From Clostridium sp. CAG:762 (lineage in GTDB: Bacteria > Bacillota_I > Bacilli_A > RF39 > UBA660): a stretch of 64,000 nt of DNA. The notes beneath the pieces are model-generated. The model saw only the letters and a program-made list of their open reading frames with translations. It was not told the origin of the DNA and made no database searches. The position numbers were made by a program, and so were the translations under genes. Location of the stretch: the NCBI GenBank assembly GCA_000432575.1, contig HF996836.1:4314-68313 (forward strand), written 5' to 3'. This document shows, one piece after another, positions 31,069 to 39,977 of the stretch. Numbering within the stretch: the first letter of the stretch is position 1; every line of letters begins with the position of its first letter.

Positions 31069-32004
31069 TTATATTTTCTGGTTTTTTTTTTCTTTTGTTT
31101 TGTATGGAGAACCTACTGTATTATAATATTCTTTTACGTATATGTTATTTCTTAATTTTCTTAATGCTTTGGCTTCAATTTGTCTTACTCTTTCACGGGT
31201 TATGTTAAAGATTTTTCCTAATTCTTCTAAGGTTCTTGTTTTGTTATCAATTACTCCAAACCTTAAATATAATACTTTTCTTTCTCTTTCGGTTAATGAG
31301 GATTCATCAATTATTCTAACCAATTCACCTTTGGCTGCTATTTCTTCTAATGGTATGGATTCTCTGTCTTCAAGTAAATCAATTAGTTCGGTATCTTCGT
31401 CTTCGCCAATGCCAGTGTTTAATGAAGATGGTTTATTTATGATTACATCAAATATTTTATCTATTTTTTCATCGCTGTAATTGAATTGTTGTTGGATTTC
31501 TTCCATACTGGGATTGATACCATTTAGTACATAATAGTCATTTATATACCTTTTTACTTTGTTTACGTGTTCCATCGTATGAACAGACACTCTTATGACT
31601 CTTCCTTTATCAAATATTGCTCTGGTAATGGCTTGTCTTATCCACCTTGTGGCATATGTTGAAAATCTGTAACCTTTGGCAATATCAAACTTTGCTATGG
31701 CTTTAATTAGGCCAAAGCAACCTTCGTTTACTAAGTCAAGGAACTCTAAACCACGATTAGTGTAAATTTTGGCAATACTTACTACTAAACGAATATTTTT
31801 TTCTATCACTTCTGTTTTCGCTTCTTCATCACCTTGTTCAATTCTTTGGAATAGTGCTTTTTCTTCTTCTGCTGTCAATAGTTGTTCGTTTAATTCGCTT
31901 AAAAATTGCTTTGATATATCAATATCAGGTAAATATTGTTCTTCTATTTGTTGGTTTTTTATATTTTGATCATTTTTTAATTCATTATGATATAATTCTT
32001 TCAT
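31069..32004 (-). CDS. Sigma-70 family RNA polymerase sigma factor (SigA-like paralog 2)
   Basis: Motifs close to primary sigma: LTAEEEKALFQRIEQGDEEAK, FSTYATRWIRQAITRA, TLEELGKIFNITRERVRQIEAKALRKLR. Start taken at the ATG at 32004 just after the G7-containing SD; the track start at 32112 reads through the SD. Confidence 0.8.
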   Translation of the reverse strand: MKELYHNELKNDQNIKNQQIEEQYLPDIDISKQFLSELNEQLLTAEEEKALFQRIEQGDEEAKTEVIEKNIRLVVSIAKIYTNRGLEFLDLVNEGCFGLIKAIAKFDIAKGYRFSTYATRWIRQAITRAIFDKGRVIRVSVHTMEHVNKVKRYINDYYVLNGINPSMEEIQQQFNYSDEKIDKIFDVIINKPSSLNTGIGEDEDTELIDLLEDRESIPLEEIAAKGELVRIIDESSLTERERKVLYLRFGVIDNKTRTLEELGKIFNITRERVRQIEAKALRKLRNNIYVKEYYNTVGSPYKTKEKKNQKI

Positions 32005-32026
32005 TTTTCTTCCCCCCCTCTTTCTT

Positions 32027-32980
32027 TTATTTAATAAGTTTTTTTGCTTTTGTTTTTGTTTTGGTGTTGGTCGAATTGCGTACTTCTCCATCATACAATT
32101 CTTTAATTTCATTGTTTCTTCTTAATTTTCGACAGGCTTTGAATTCGATTTGTCTTATTCTTTCTCGTGTTAGTTTATATATTTTACCTATTTCTTCTAA
32201 GGTGCGATATTCTCCATCATAAATTCCAAATCTTAGGTATAATATTTCTTTTTCTCTTTCGGTTAGGTTACTATTTTCAATGGCTTCAAGTATTTGTTTG
32301 CTGAAAATGATTTTGTCTGCGTCAATTTCGTCTTTGTCTTCGATAAAATCAACCAATTCATCATCGCTGTCATCACTTATTGGTGTTGATAATAAAACCA
32401 TTTTTGTTTTAGCCATTGATATTGTGTTTTCAACCACATTTTTGTCCCAATGTAAATACGTTGCAATTTCTTCTTTTGTTGGATATTTTCCATTATCACG
32501 ATAATATTCATTGTTGTAATCTTTTAATAATTTTATTCTGTTTTCTTGATGTGCTGGTATTTTAACTGTTCTTCTTTTTTCTAGAATACTACGTGTTATT
32601 GCTTGTTTTATCCACCATGTGGCATATGTTGAAAATCTGCAACCTTTGGCAATATCAAACTTTTCTATGGCTGTAATTAGTCCTATGTTGCCTTCTTGAA
32701 TTAAGTCAAGAAAATCCATACCACTTCCTACATATTTTTTGGCTTCGCTAATTACTAATCGCAGGTTTTTGGTAATAACTTCATTTTTTGCTTCGATATC
32801 TCCATTTTTGATTTTTTCAAATAGTTCTTCTTCTTGTCCTTTTGTTAATAATTCTTTTGGTAATTTGCTAATGTATTCATCTAGTCCGTTTATGGTGGTT
32901 ACATGGTCTTCAAAATTTTCTACTTTTTTGCCTTCTAATTCTACTTCTGTTAAATCTTTTTCATAGTTAAAATTATTCAT
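32027..32980 (-). CDS. Sigma-70 family RNA polymerase sigma factor (SigA-like paralog 3)
   Basis: 317 aa. FSTYATWWIKQAITR and TLEEIGKIYKLTRERIRQIEFKACRKLR. SD contains G7. Confidence 0.8.
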   Translation of the reverse strand: MNNFNYEKDLTEVELEGKKVENFEDHVTTINGLDEYISKLPKELLTKGQEEELFEKIKNGDIEAKNEVITKNLRLVISEAKKYVGSGMDFLDLIQEGNIGLITAIEKFDIAKGCRFSTYATWWIKQAITRSILEKRRTVKIPAHQENRIKLLKDYNNEYYRDNGKYPTKEEIATYLHWDKNVVENTISMAKTKMVLLSTPISDDSDDELVDFIEDKDEIDADKIIFSKQILEAIENSNLTEREKEILYLRFGIYDGEYRTLEEIGKIYKLTRERIRQIEFKACRKLRRNNEIKELYDGEVRNSTNTKTKTKAKKLIK

Positions 32981-33078
32981 AAAATCTCCCCCCCTTTTTG
33001 GTTAACGTGCTATATCTTACCACATATATTTGATTTTGTCAAACATTTTTTTGCTGAATAAAAGTCTACGGTTGTAGA

Positions 33079-35892
33079 CTATAGATATTTCTTTAAATAT
33101 TTGCCTGTGTAGGATGTGCTTACTTTGCTTATTTGTTCAGGCGTGCCTGTGCATACTACATTTCCACCTAGATTGCCTCCTTCTGGGCCTAAATCAATGA
33201 TGTAATCACATACTTTGATAACATCCATGTTATGTTCGATAATTATTACGGTATCTCCATTGTCAACAATTCTATTTAGTATTTCTAGTAATTTTTTGAT
33301 ATCGTGGATGTGTAGACCAGTGGTTGGTTCGTCTAAGATAAAGATGCTTCTTCCTGTTGGCTTTTTTTGCAACTCTTTAGCTAATTTGATTCGTGCGGCT
33401 TCTCCCCCACTTAAACTTGGAGCAGGTTGTCCTAATTTCATGTACGAAAGTCCTACATCCATTAAAACTTGTAATTTATTTTTGATTTTAGGAATGTTTT
33501 CAAAGAATGTAAGTGCTTCTTCAACTGTCATGTTTAGAACGTCATTGATATTTTTATTTTTATATTTTATTTCTAGGGTTTCTCGGTTATATCTTGTGCC
33601 GTGGCATACTTCGCATGGAACGTATACGTCTGGCAAAAAGTGCATTTCTATTTTTTTGACACCATCTCCCCAGCAGGCTTCACATCTTCCACCTTTGACG
33701 TTGAAGGAGAATCGGCCTTTGTTATATCCTTTTATTTTGGCTTCTTTGGTCTCGGCAAAGACATCTCTTATATCATCAAATACGGATACGTATGTGGCTG
33801 GATTGCTTCTTGGGGTTCTTCCTATTGGAGATTGACTGATATGAACTACTTTGTCTATTTCTTCTATTCCTTTTATCTCTTTGACTTTTCCAGGTCTATC
33901 TTTGAAGTTATAATATATATTTTGGGCTAGGGATTTATATAGAATTTCGTTTACTAAGGTGGATTTGCCACTTCCAGATACTCCTGTTACGCATATCATT
34001 TTTCCTAGTGGGAATTTGACACTGATGTTTTTTAAATTGTTTTCACTGGCTTTAACAACTTCTAAGTATTTGCCTGTACCTTTTCTTCTTTTTTTTGGAA
34101 CTTCTATTTTTAATGTATGTTTTAGATATTGTCCGGTTAAACTGTTTTCGTTATTCATTACTTCTTCTGGGGTACCGTATGCCATGACTTTTCCTCCATG
34201 TACTCCTGCATATGGTCCTATATCAATGAGGTAGTCGGCTTGAAGCATGGTGTCTTCATCATGTTCAACTACGATTAGGGAATTACCTAAATCACGCATT
34301 TCTTTTAGGGAGTTAATTAGTTTTTGGTTATCACTTTGATGTAATCCAATTGAGGGTTCGTCTAATACATATAAAACTCCTGTTAATCTTGAACCTATTT
34401 GGGTAGCAAGTCTTATTCTTTGAGCTTCTCCGCCACTTAGGGTTCCAGCTTCTCTAGCTAACGTTAGATATGAGAGTCCTACATTTATTAAAAATGTTAG
34501 TCTGGAATTTATTTCTTTTAAGATTACCCCAGATATCTCATTTTGTTCTTCACTTAGTTTTAAGTTGCTTAGGAATTCTTTTAATTCTAGAATGGATAAG
34601 CAGGTTACTTCATAGATGTTTTTTTTGTTTATTAATACGGATAGAACTGATGGTTTTAATCTTGCTCCATGGCAGATAGGACAAGTCATTTCAACCATAT
34701 ATTGTTCGATCCATTCTCTTATCCATGTGCTTTTTGTTTCCATGTATCTTCTTTCTAAGTTGGTAATGATTCCTTCAAATGTGTCTTTTGTTTTTCTAGT
34801 GGAGCCACTTTTTGATACATAGTTATATTCTAATACTTCACTTGTTCCATATAGAATAATATCTAATTTATCTTTTTCGATGTCTTTCATGGGTGCATTC
34901 ATATCAATATTAAAGTGTTTACATAATGTTTCTAATTGGGTATATATAATATTGTTGGTGTCTTCAACGTTAATTGCCACGATGGCTCCATCGTTTAATG
35001 ATTTGGTTTTGTCAGGAATAATCAAATCAGGATCTAATTTATATTTGACACCAAGACCTTTACATTCTGGGCAGGCACCGTATGGAGCATTAAAGGAAAA
35101 TATCCTTGGTTCTAATTCGTCTAGGGAATAATCACAAAATGGGCAGGCATAGTTTTCACTTAAGATGATTTCTTTATCGTGGAGGACATCAACAATTACT
35201 TTACCGTGAGATAATTTTGTGGCTGTTTCTAATGATTCATATAGTCTACTTCTAATATCTTTGTCAATTACTAATCTATCAATTACTACGTTGATGTTGT
35301 GTTTTTTGTTTTTTTCTAGGCTGATTTCTTCGTTTAAATCACAGACTACATCATCTATTTTGGCACGTATGTAGCCATCTTTTATTAGTTTTGTTATTGT
35401 TTCTTTGTGTGTGCCTTTTTCTCCTTTAACAATTGGGCTTAATATCATGATTTTAGTGTCTATTGGTAGTTCTAATACTTTATTTGTCATTTCTTCAATG
35501 CTTTGGGGTTTGATTGGTATTTTGTGTACGGGACAATATGCTACGCCTATACGGGCATATAATAGTCTTAAGTAATCATATATTTCTGTAACAGTGCCTA
35601 CTGTACTACGTGGATTTTTGTTGGTAGTTTTTTGGTCAATGCTAATACTGGGACTTAATCCTTCGATTAAATCAACATCAGGTTTATCTGTGTTTCCTAG
35701 GAATTGTCTTGCATATGCTGATAAGCTTTCTACATATCTTCTTTGTCCTTCGGCATATATTGTATCAAATGCTAAGGAAGATTTTCCACTTCCTGATACT
35801 CCAGTTATGACTACTAATTTGTTTTTTGGTATCTCTATGTCTATGTTTTTTAGATTGTTTTCTCTTGCCCCTTTAATAATAATTTTATCCAT
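33079..35892 (-). CDS. uvrA: Excinuclease ABC subunit A
   Basis: About 937 aa with two ABC ATPase modules (two GVSGSGKS Walker A motifs), zinc-finger Cys clusters and LSGGEAQRI signatures. Confidence 0.97.
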   Translation of the reverse strand: MDKIIIKGARENNLKNIDIEIPKNKLVVITGVSGSGKSSLAFDTIYAEGQRRYVESLSAYARQFLGNTDKPDVDLIEGLSPSISIDQKTTNKNPRSTVGTVTEIYDYLRLLYARIGVAYCPVHKIPIKPQSIEEMTNKVLELPIDTKIMILSPIVKGEKGTHKETITKLIKDGYIRAKIDDVVCDLNEEISLEKNKKHNINVVIDRLVIDKDIRSRLYESLETATKLSHGKVIVDVLHDKEIILSENYACPFCDYSLDELEPRIFSFNAPYGACPECKGLGVKYKLDPDLIIPDKTKSLNDGAIVAINVEDTNNIIYTQLETLCKHFNIDMNAPMKDIEKDKLDIILYGTSEVLEYNYVSKSGSTRKTKDTFEGIITNLERRYMETKSTWIREWIEQYMVEMTCPICHGARLKPSVLSVLINKKNIYEVTCLSILELKEFLSNLKLSEEQNEISGVILKEINSRLTFLINVGLSYLTLAREAGTLSGGEAQRIRLATQIGSRLTGVLYVLDEPSIGLHQSDNQKLINSLKEMRDLGNSLIVVEHDEDTMLQADYLIDIGPYAGVHGGKVMAYGTPEEVMNNENSLTGQYLKHTLKIEVPKKRRKGTGKYLEVVKASENNLKNISVKFPLGKMICVTGVSGSGKSTLVNEILYKSLAQNIYYNFKDRPGKVKEIKGIEEIDKVVHISQSPIGRTPRSNPATYVSVFDDIRDVFAETKEAKIKGYNKGRFSFNVKGGRCEACWGDGVKKIEMHFLPDVYVPCEVCHGTRYNRETLEIKYKNKNINDVLNMTVEEALTFFENIPKIKNKLQVLMDVGLSYMKLGQPAPSLSGGEAARIKLAKELQKKPTGRSIFILDEPTTGLHIHDIKKLLEILNRIVDNGDTVIIIEHNMDVIKVCDYIIDLGPEGGNLGGNVVCTGTPEQISKVSTSYTGKYLKKYL

Positions 35893-36057
35893 TTTTATCA
35901 CCTACTTATTTGTTTCTTTAGTATTATAATATACGAGGAAAAGAATGTCAAGGCTCTTTCATACATTTGTTTGGAAAAAAGTGGTATTTTTGAAATGTGG
36001 TGTTTTTTGTATTGATTTTCTGTCTTTTTGTGGTACAATTTTACTTTGTGAGGAAAT

Positions 36058-36714
36058 ATGGAAAAGAAAAATTATATATTTGTAACTGATATTAATTATT
36101 TAATAAGACTGCTTCAGGAAGATATTGATAGGTATTCTAGGTTACTTAATGCTGTTGCTTTGTTGGGAAAATTTGATAAGAAGATAAAATTGACTGTTAA
36201 TCATGATTATAAGGATACTAATTTGGTTTACGCTGTAGATAAAGATAATAAGGTATTTGCATTTTATGATAACTGTGAACGTGATATGAAAAAAAGATAT
36301 ACTTTATACGTTAGGGATAGAGATATTGTTAAAAAGTATTCTTTTAAATACAAGATAAATGAAGAAAAAATTGGATACTGTTTTGGTAGTAGTCATATTT
36401 TATGGGTATCTTTTAATGAAATGAATTTGGAGTTACCTGGTGATATTTTTTATAATTTAAAGGTATCTAATAAATTTAATGCAAAAATAGTGGCTAGGAT
36501 ACTAGATGAGTTGAAAGTGAAAGATGAAATTAGTTTTGAAGATTTTTCTAATGTTATTTTAAGTGTTAACAGTTTTGAGAATTTAGGTAAGATAACTTTG
36601 TCTAAAAGCGAGAATGATATTTTGCTACATGAACAGAAATATTGTAATGGTATTTTAACCGAAGAATATATTCGTGAAATTAAGAAAAATGTGTTAAAAA
36701 AAGGCATATCATAG
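36058..36714 (+). CDS. Hypothetical protein
   Basis: 218 aa, no recognisable family. SigmaA-like promoter TTGATT..TGTGGTACAAT upstream. Confidence 0.3.
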   Translation: MEKKNYIFVTDINYLIRLLQEDIDRYSRLLNAVALLGKFDKKIKLTVNHDYKDTNLVYAVDKDNKVFAFYDNCERDMKKRYTLYVRDRDIVKKYSFKYKINEEKIGYCFGSSHILWVSFNEMNLELPGDIFYNLKVSNKFNAKIVARILDELKVKDEISFEDFSNVILSVNSFENLGKITLSKSENDILLHEQKYCNGILTEEYIREIKKNVLKKGIS

Positions 36715-36750
36715 TGTATGTCTTTTGTTTTTTATTGTGGAACTCGTCTT

Positions 36751-37359
36751 TTAGTTTTCTACTAAGTCTTTTATCTTGTTTTTTATTCTTTGTAGAGCAT
36801 TATAAACTATTTTAGGATCTAATTCTAAGATTATGGCGATTTCGTTGGTGTTCATGCCCCCTGTTCTCAGTTCGTATATTCTACTTTCTAAATGGGTTAG
36901 TTTATCTTTTATTTGATAATCTAATTCGCTTGCATTTTCAAAGTGTAACATGTTGTTTTCAGGATTATATTTTTCATCTATGATGTAGTTGAGTAAATCA
37001 TTATCGTTATCATTATCAGTTTGGAAGTTGAAGGATATTGATTCATTTAGAATTTTATTTTTGGCTTGGTCTAGTCTTTTTAGGTAAGTTTTTAATCCTC
37101 GGTCAATGCATATTGTGGCAAATGTGTAAAAAGATGCTTCGTTATTATCATTATAGCTTTTTATGGCGGTTTCAAAGGCTATCATTGCTTCTTGTGATAA
37201 ATCATTTTTGTCAATGCCTTTGTTGTTGTTATAAGTAAATTTCATGTATTTGTTAACTATTTTGTCTATGATGTGTTTATATTTGTTATAAAGTATGTCC
37301 ATGGCTTCTTCACTGTGCTCACTAATTAAATAAAGTAATTCGTTGTCGTTTTCTTCCAT
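36751..37359 (-). CDS. sigH: RNA polymerase sigma-H-like factor
   Basis: 202 aa. Region 2 FYTFATICIDRGL and region 4 LRTGGMNTNEIAIILELDPKIVYNALQRIKNK parallel B. subtilis SigH. Conserved mrnC-rlmB-sigH synteny. Confidence 0.6.
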   Translation of the reverse strand: MEENDNELLYLISEHSEEAMDILYNKYKHIIDKIVNKYMKFTYNNNKGIDKNDLSQEAMIAFETAIKSYNDNNEASFYTFATICIDRGLKTYLKRLDQAKNKILNESISFNFQTDNDNDNDLLNYIIDEKYNPENNMLHFENASELDYQIKDKLTHLESRIYELRTGGMNTNEIAIILELDPKIVYNALQRIKNKIKDLVEN

Positions 37360-37361
37360 AA

Positions 37362-38066
37362 TTATCCTCGTCTATTGATTATTTCGTAAATTATTATTCC
37401 TGTAGCAACAGAAGCGTTTAAGCTATTAACTTTTCCTGTCATGGGAATGCTTGCTATATAATCACAGTTATCTCTAACAATTCGACTAATTCCCTTTCCT
37501 TCATTGCCGATTACTAAGCAAATAGGCATTTTATAATCAATATCACTTATATTTGTGGAACTCATGTCAGTTCCGATTATCCAATAACCTCTGTCTTTTA
37601 GATATTTGATAGTATTTACTAGGTTGGTTACTTTTATTATTTTGATGTTTTCGATGGCCCCAACACTCGTTTTGATAACAGTGCTATTTATTCCTACACA
37701 ACGATCTTCTGGAATAATAATGGCATCTACTCCTAAGGCTTCACTGGTACGTATTATTGCTCCAAAATTATGTGGATCTTCTATGTGATCTAACATTACT
37801 ATTAAAGGATATTTTTTATTTATATTGTTTATTATTTCTTTTAAGTCGTATGTTTTATAATCATTAACTAGTGCTATTATGCCTTGATGTAATCCATTAA
37901 CCATTTTATCTAATTTAAAAATATCTAAATAAGTAATATCAATGTTTTTGTCTTTTAATAAATCTAATATTTTTTTATCATTAAATTTCTTTGATAAATA
38001 TAATTTGTTAATTTTGCTATTGTTTAATAATTTTTCATATACAACATTTTTACCATATATATACAT
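37362..38066 (-). CDS. rlmB: 23S rRNA (guanosine-2'-O)-methyltransferase, TrmH/SpoU family (RlmB/YacO)
   Basis: 234 aa SPOUT methyltransferase, position as in Bacillus yacO. Confidence 0.75.
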   Translation of the reverse strand: MYIYGKNVVYEKLLNNSKINKLYLSKKFNDKKILDLLKDKNIDITYLDIFKLDKMVNGLHQGIIALVNDYKTYDLKEIINNINKKYPLIVMLDHIEDPHNFGAIIRTSEALGVDAIIIPEDRCVGINSTVIKTSVGAIENIKIIKVTNLVNTIKYLKDRGYWIIGTDMSSTNISDIDYKMPICLVIGNEGKGISRIVRDNCDYIASIPMTGKVNSLNASVATGIIIYEIINRRG

Positions 38067-38068
38067 AA

Positions 38069-38440
38069 TTATAACTCCTTTACATAAGAAAGTATTTCAT
38101 TTAATCTATCTTTGTTATTTATATATAAATAACCTATTAAGGCTTCAAAGCCTGTGGCATGTTTATAGGTTAGAATATCAGTATTTTTTGGGTGTGCTTT
38201 TCTTTTGTTGTTGCGACCTTTTCTTACAATGTCTAATTCATTATCATTTAGGATTTTGGCTTGAATTAGGTGGTTTAAAAAATTTACTTGTCCATATGCG
38301 GATACGTATTTAATTGCTTCTTTTTGTAAATCGTCTATTTTGGATATGTCTTTGTCTATCAGGTGTTTTCTTATGAATAATTCATATACTGAATCGCCTA
38401 AATAAGCTAAGACCAATATGTTATCGTTATCAAAATTCAT
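38069..38440 (-). CDS. mrnC: Mini-ribonuclease 3
   Basis: 123 aa, RNase III catalytic-domain-only protein (AYLGDSVYE motif), position as Bacillus yazC. Confidence 0.75.
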   Translation of the reverse strand: MNFDNDNILVLAYLGDSVYELFIRKHLIDKDISKIDDLQKEAIKYVSAYGQVNFLNHLIQAKILNDNELDIVRKGRNNKRKAHPKNTDILTYKHATGFEALIGYLYINNKDRLNEILSYVKEL

Positions 38441-38513
38441 AAATTACTCCTTTTTTAGTAGTTAAATTATATCATTATAGGGTGAAAAGTACAAGTTAAA
38501 AAGGTATGTGTTA

Positions 38514-39068
38514 TTATTTAGTGTTTTTATAAATTGCTACATATCTAATAGCATATTTTTTTGTTTTAAGTAGTTTTATGTTGCCATATTCTTCTTTTAA
38601 TATGTCATTTTGATATTCACATACTACTTGTCCATTTTTGTTTAGTAAATTATTTTGATTTATATAATTTAAGATTTTATCTATAATTTTCATATTATAT
38701 GGAGGATCTATAAATATTAAATCAAAACTAATTTTATTATCGCAAAAATATTTTAGGGATGTCATATAATCCATTTGTAAAACTTTGTAATTATTAACTT
38801 TGTAATTATTTAAATTTTTTAATATTGTTAGATAGCATTCTTTATTATTGTCTACAAAATATGTATATTTACTGCCATTGCTGATAGCTTCAATACCGAG
38901 ATTTCCACTTCCAGCGAACAAATCTAAGCAAATGCTATTTTGAATGTTATCTTGAATCATGGCAAAAACTGATTCTTTTACACGATCCATGGTTGGTCTT
39001 GTTCCTTGAATATTATAGCCTAAAATATTTCTTCCTTTTAGACTGCCACTTATAACTTTCAAAGGCAT
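38514..39068 (-). CDS. rsmD: 16S rRNA (guanine966-N2)-methyltransferase RsmD
   Basis: LDLFAGSGNLGIEAISNG SAM-binding motif and DPPY motif. Confidence 0.8.
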   Translation of the reverse strand: MPLKVISGSLKGRNILGYNIQGTRPTMDRVKESVFAMIQDNIQNSICLDLFAGSGNLGIEAISNGSKYTYFVDNNKECYLTILKNLNNYKVNNYKVLQMDYMTSLKYFCDNKISFDLIFIDPPYNMKIIDKILNYINQNNLLNKNGQVVCEYQNDILKEEYGNIKLLKTKKYAIRYVAIYKNTK

Positions 39069-39340
39069 TCCTTCTTTCCTGTGATGTTTTTTATTTTTTT
39101 ATTGATGTCCATGACTAAATAAAATAATTCGTTGTAACATTGCATGTAATTGGCATAGTCAGGATTATTAAATATTTCTTTTTTTAATGTAATGTTTTTT
39201 TCTTTTTGATATTTTTTTATTTTCTTTAAAATATCTTGGTTATTTAGTAATTTGTTTTTGGCTGTAGTAAGGTCTTTTACAATTTTACTGTTATCTAAAT
39301 AATCTAATAATTCATATGTTTTTTCTATTACTTCATTCAT
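39059..39340 (-). CDS. ylbF: YlbF/YmcA-family (UPF0342) regulatory protein
   Basis: 93-aa helical protein. Pattern and position (ylbE-ylbF-rsmD) as in Bacillus. Confidence 0.5.
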   Translation of the reverse strand: MNEVIEKTYELLDYLDNSKIVKDLTTAKNKLLNNQDILKKIKKYQKEKNITLKKEIFNNPDYANYMQCYNELFYLVMDINKKIKNITGKKECL

Positions 39341-39348
39341 TTTATCAC

Positions 39349-39570
39349 CTACTTTAATACGTCTAAAAAGTTTTGAATTAAGCTTATATTATTTAATACT
39401 TTGTTTAAGCGATCGCTTGGTTTTAATTCGTATTTGTCTTTCATATCACTAATAAAATCATTAAATAAAAGTGGATTTCTGTTTAAATATTTGTACCAGA
39501 TAGAGTTTTCACGTAGAAATTTTTGGTACATTAAGTTGTTTTTTATTTTATATTGTAAATCAATGCTCAT
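39349..39570 (-). CDS. YlbE-like small protein
   Basis: 73 aa with LRENSIWYKYLNRNP resembling the YlbE NPxxLRxxRENPxWYRKL motif. Confidence 0.45.
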   Translation of the reverse strand: MSIDLQYKIKNNLMYQKFLRENSIWYKYLNRNPLLFNDFISDMKDKYELKPSDRLNKVLNNISLIQNFLDVLK

Positions 39571-39572
39571 AT

Positions 39573-39944
39573 TTAATCTTCAAACCTTTTATATACTGGT
39601 CTTGGGGTATAATTGTTATTGGAAGATGTAGGATTGTTTTTGGATACGACTAAATCGCCAAATAATGATAAGGCCTTTTGTAGGGAGGTTATGCCTTCTT
39701 GAACTTTGTCTACATCCATGTTTTTTACCATATTGATTACTTCGTTGAAACTATTTTTGTTGTTATGTTTTGTATTGATGGTTGGTTTTTCTTCTTCTTT
39801 TACATATTTATCCCAAATGCTATTATCTTCACCATATAAATCGTACATTTCATAAAATTTTTGCCAAGTCATTTCATTATTGTTAACATATTTGATTAAA
39901 TTAGGATTTTTCCTTACAAACATTTTGAAACTATCAACACTCAT
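39573..39944 (-). CDS. YlbE-like paralog / YlbD-position protein
   Basis: 123 aa. N-terminal about 50 aa are paralogous to the adjacent 73-aa protein (MTWQKFYE..SIWDKYV). Confidence 0.4.
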   Translation of the reverse strand: MSVDSFKMFVRKNPNLIKYVNNNEMTWQKFYEMYDLYGEDNSIWDKYVKEEEKPTINTKHNNKNSFNEVINMVKNMDVDKVQEGITSLQKALSLFGDLVVSKNNPTSSNNNYTPRPVYKRFED

Positions 39945-39977
39945 AATATCACCTAATTAATTATATGCTTTATTTTT

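Noticed and set aside
35893-36057. LexA/Cheo boxes (GAAC-N4-GTTC) upstream of uvrA and uvrB
   Set aside because: Searched both leaders. Only a weak GAACTACTTCC half-match near uvrB. No convincing SOS box, so none is annotated.
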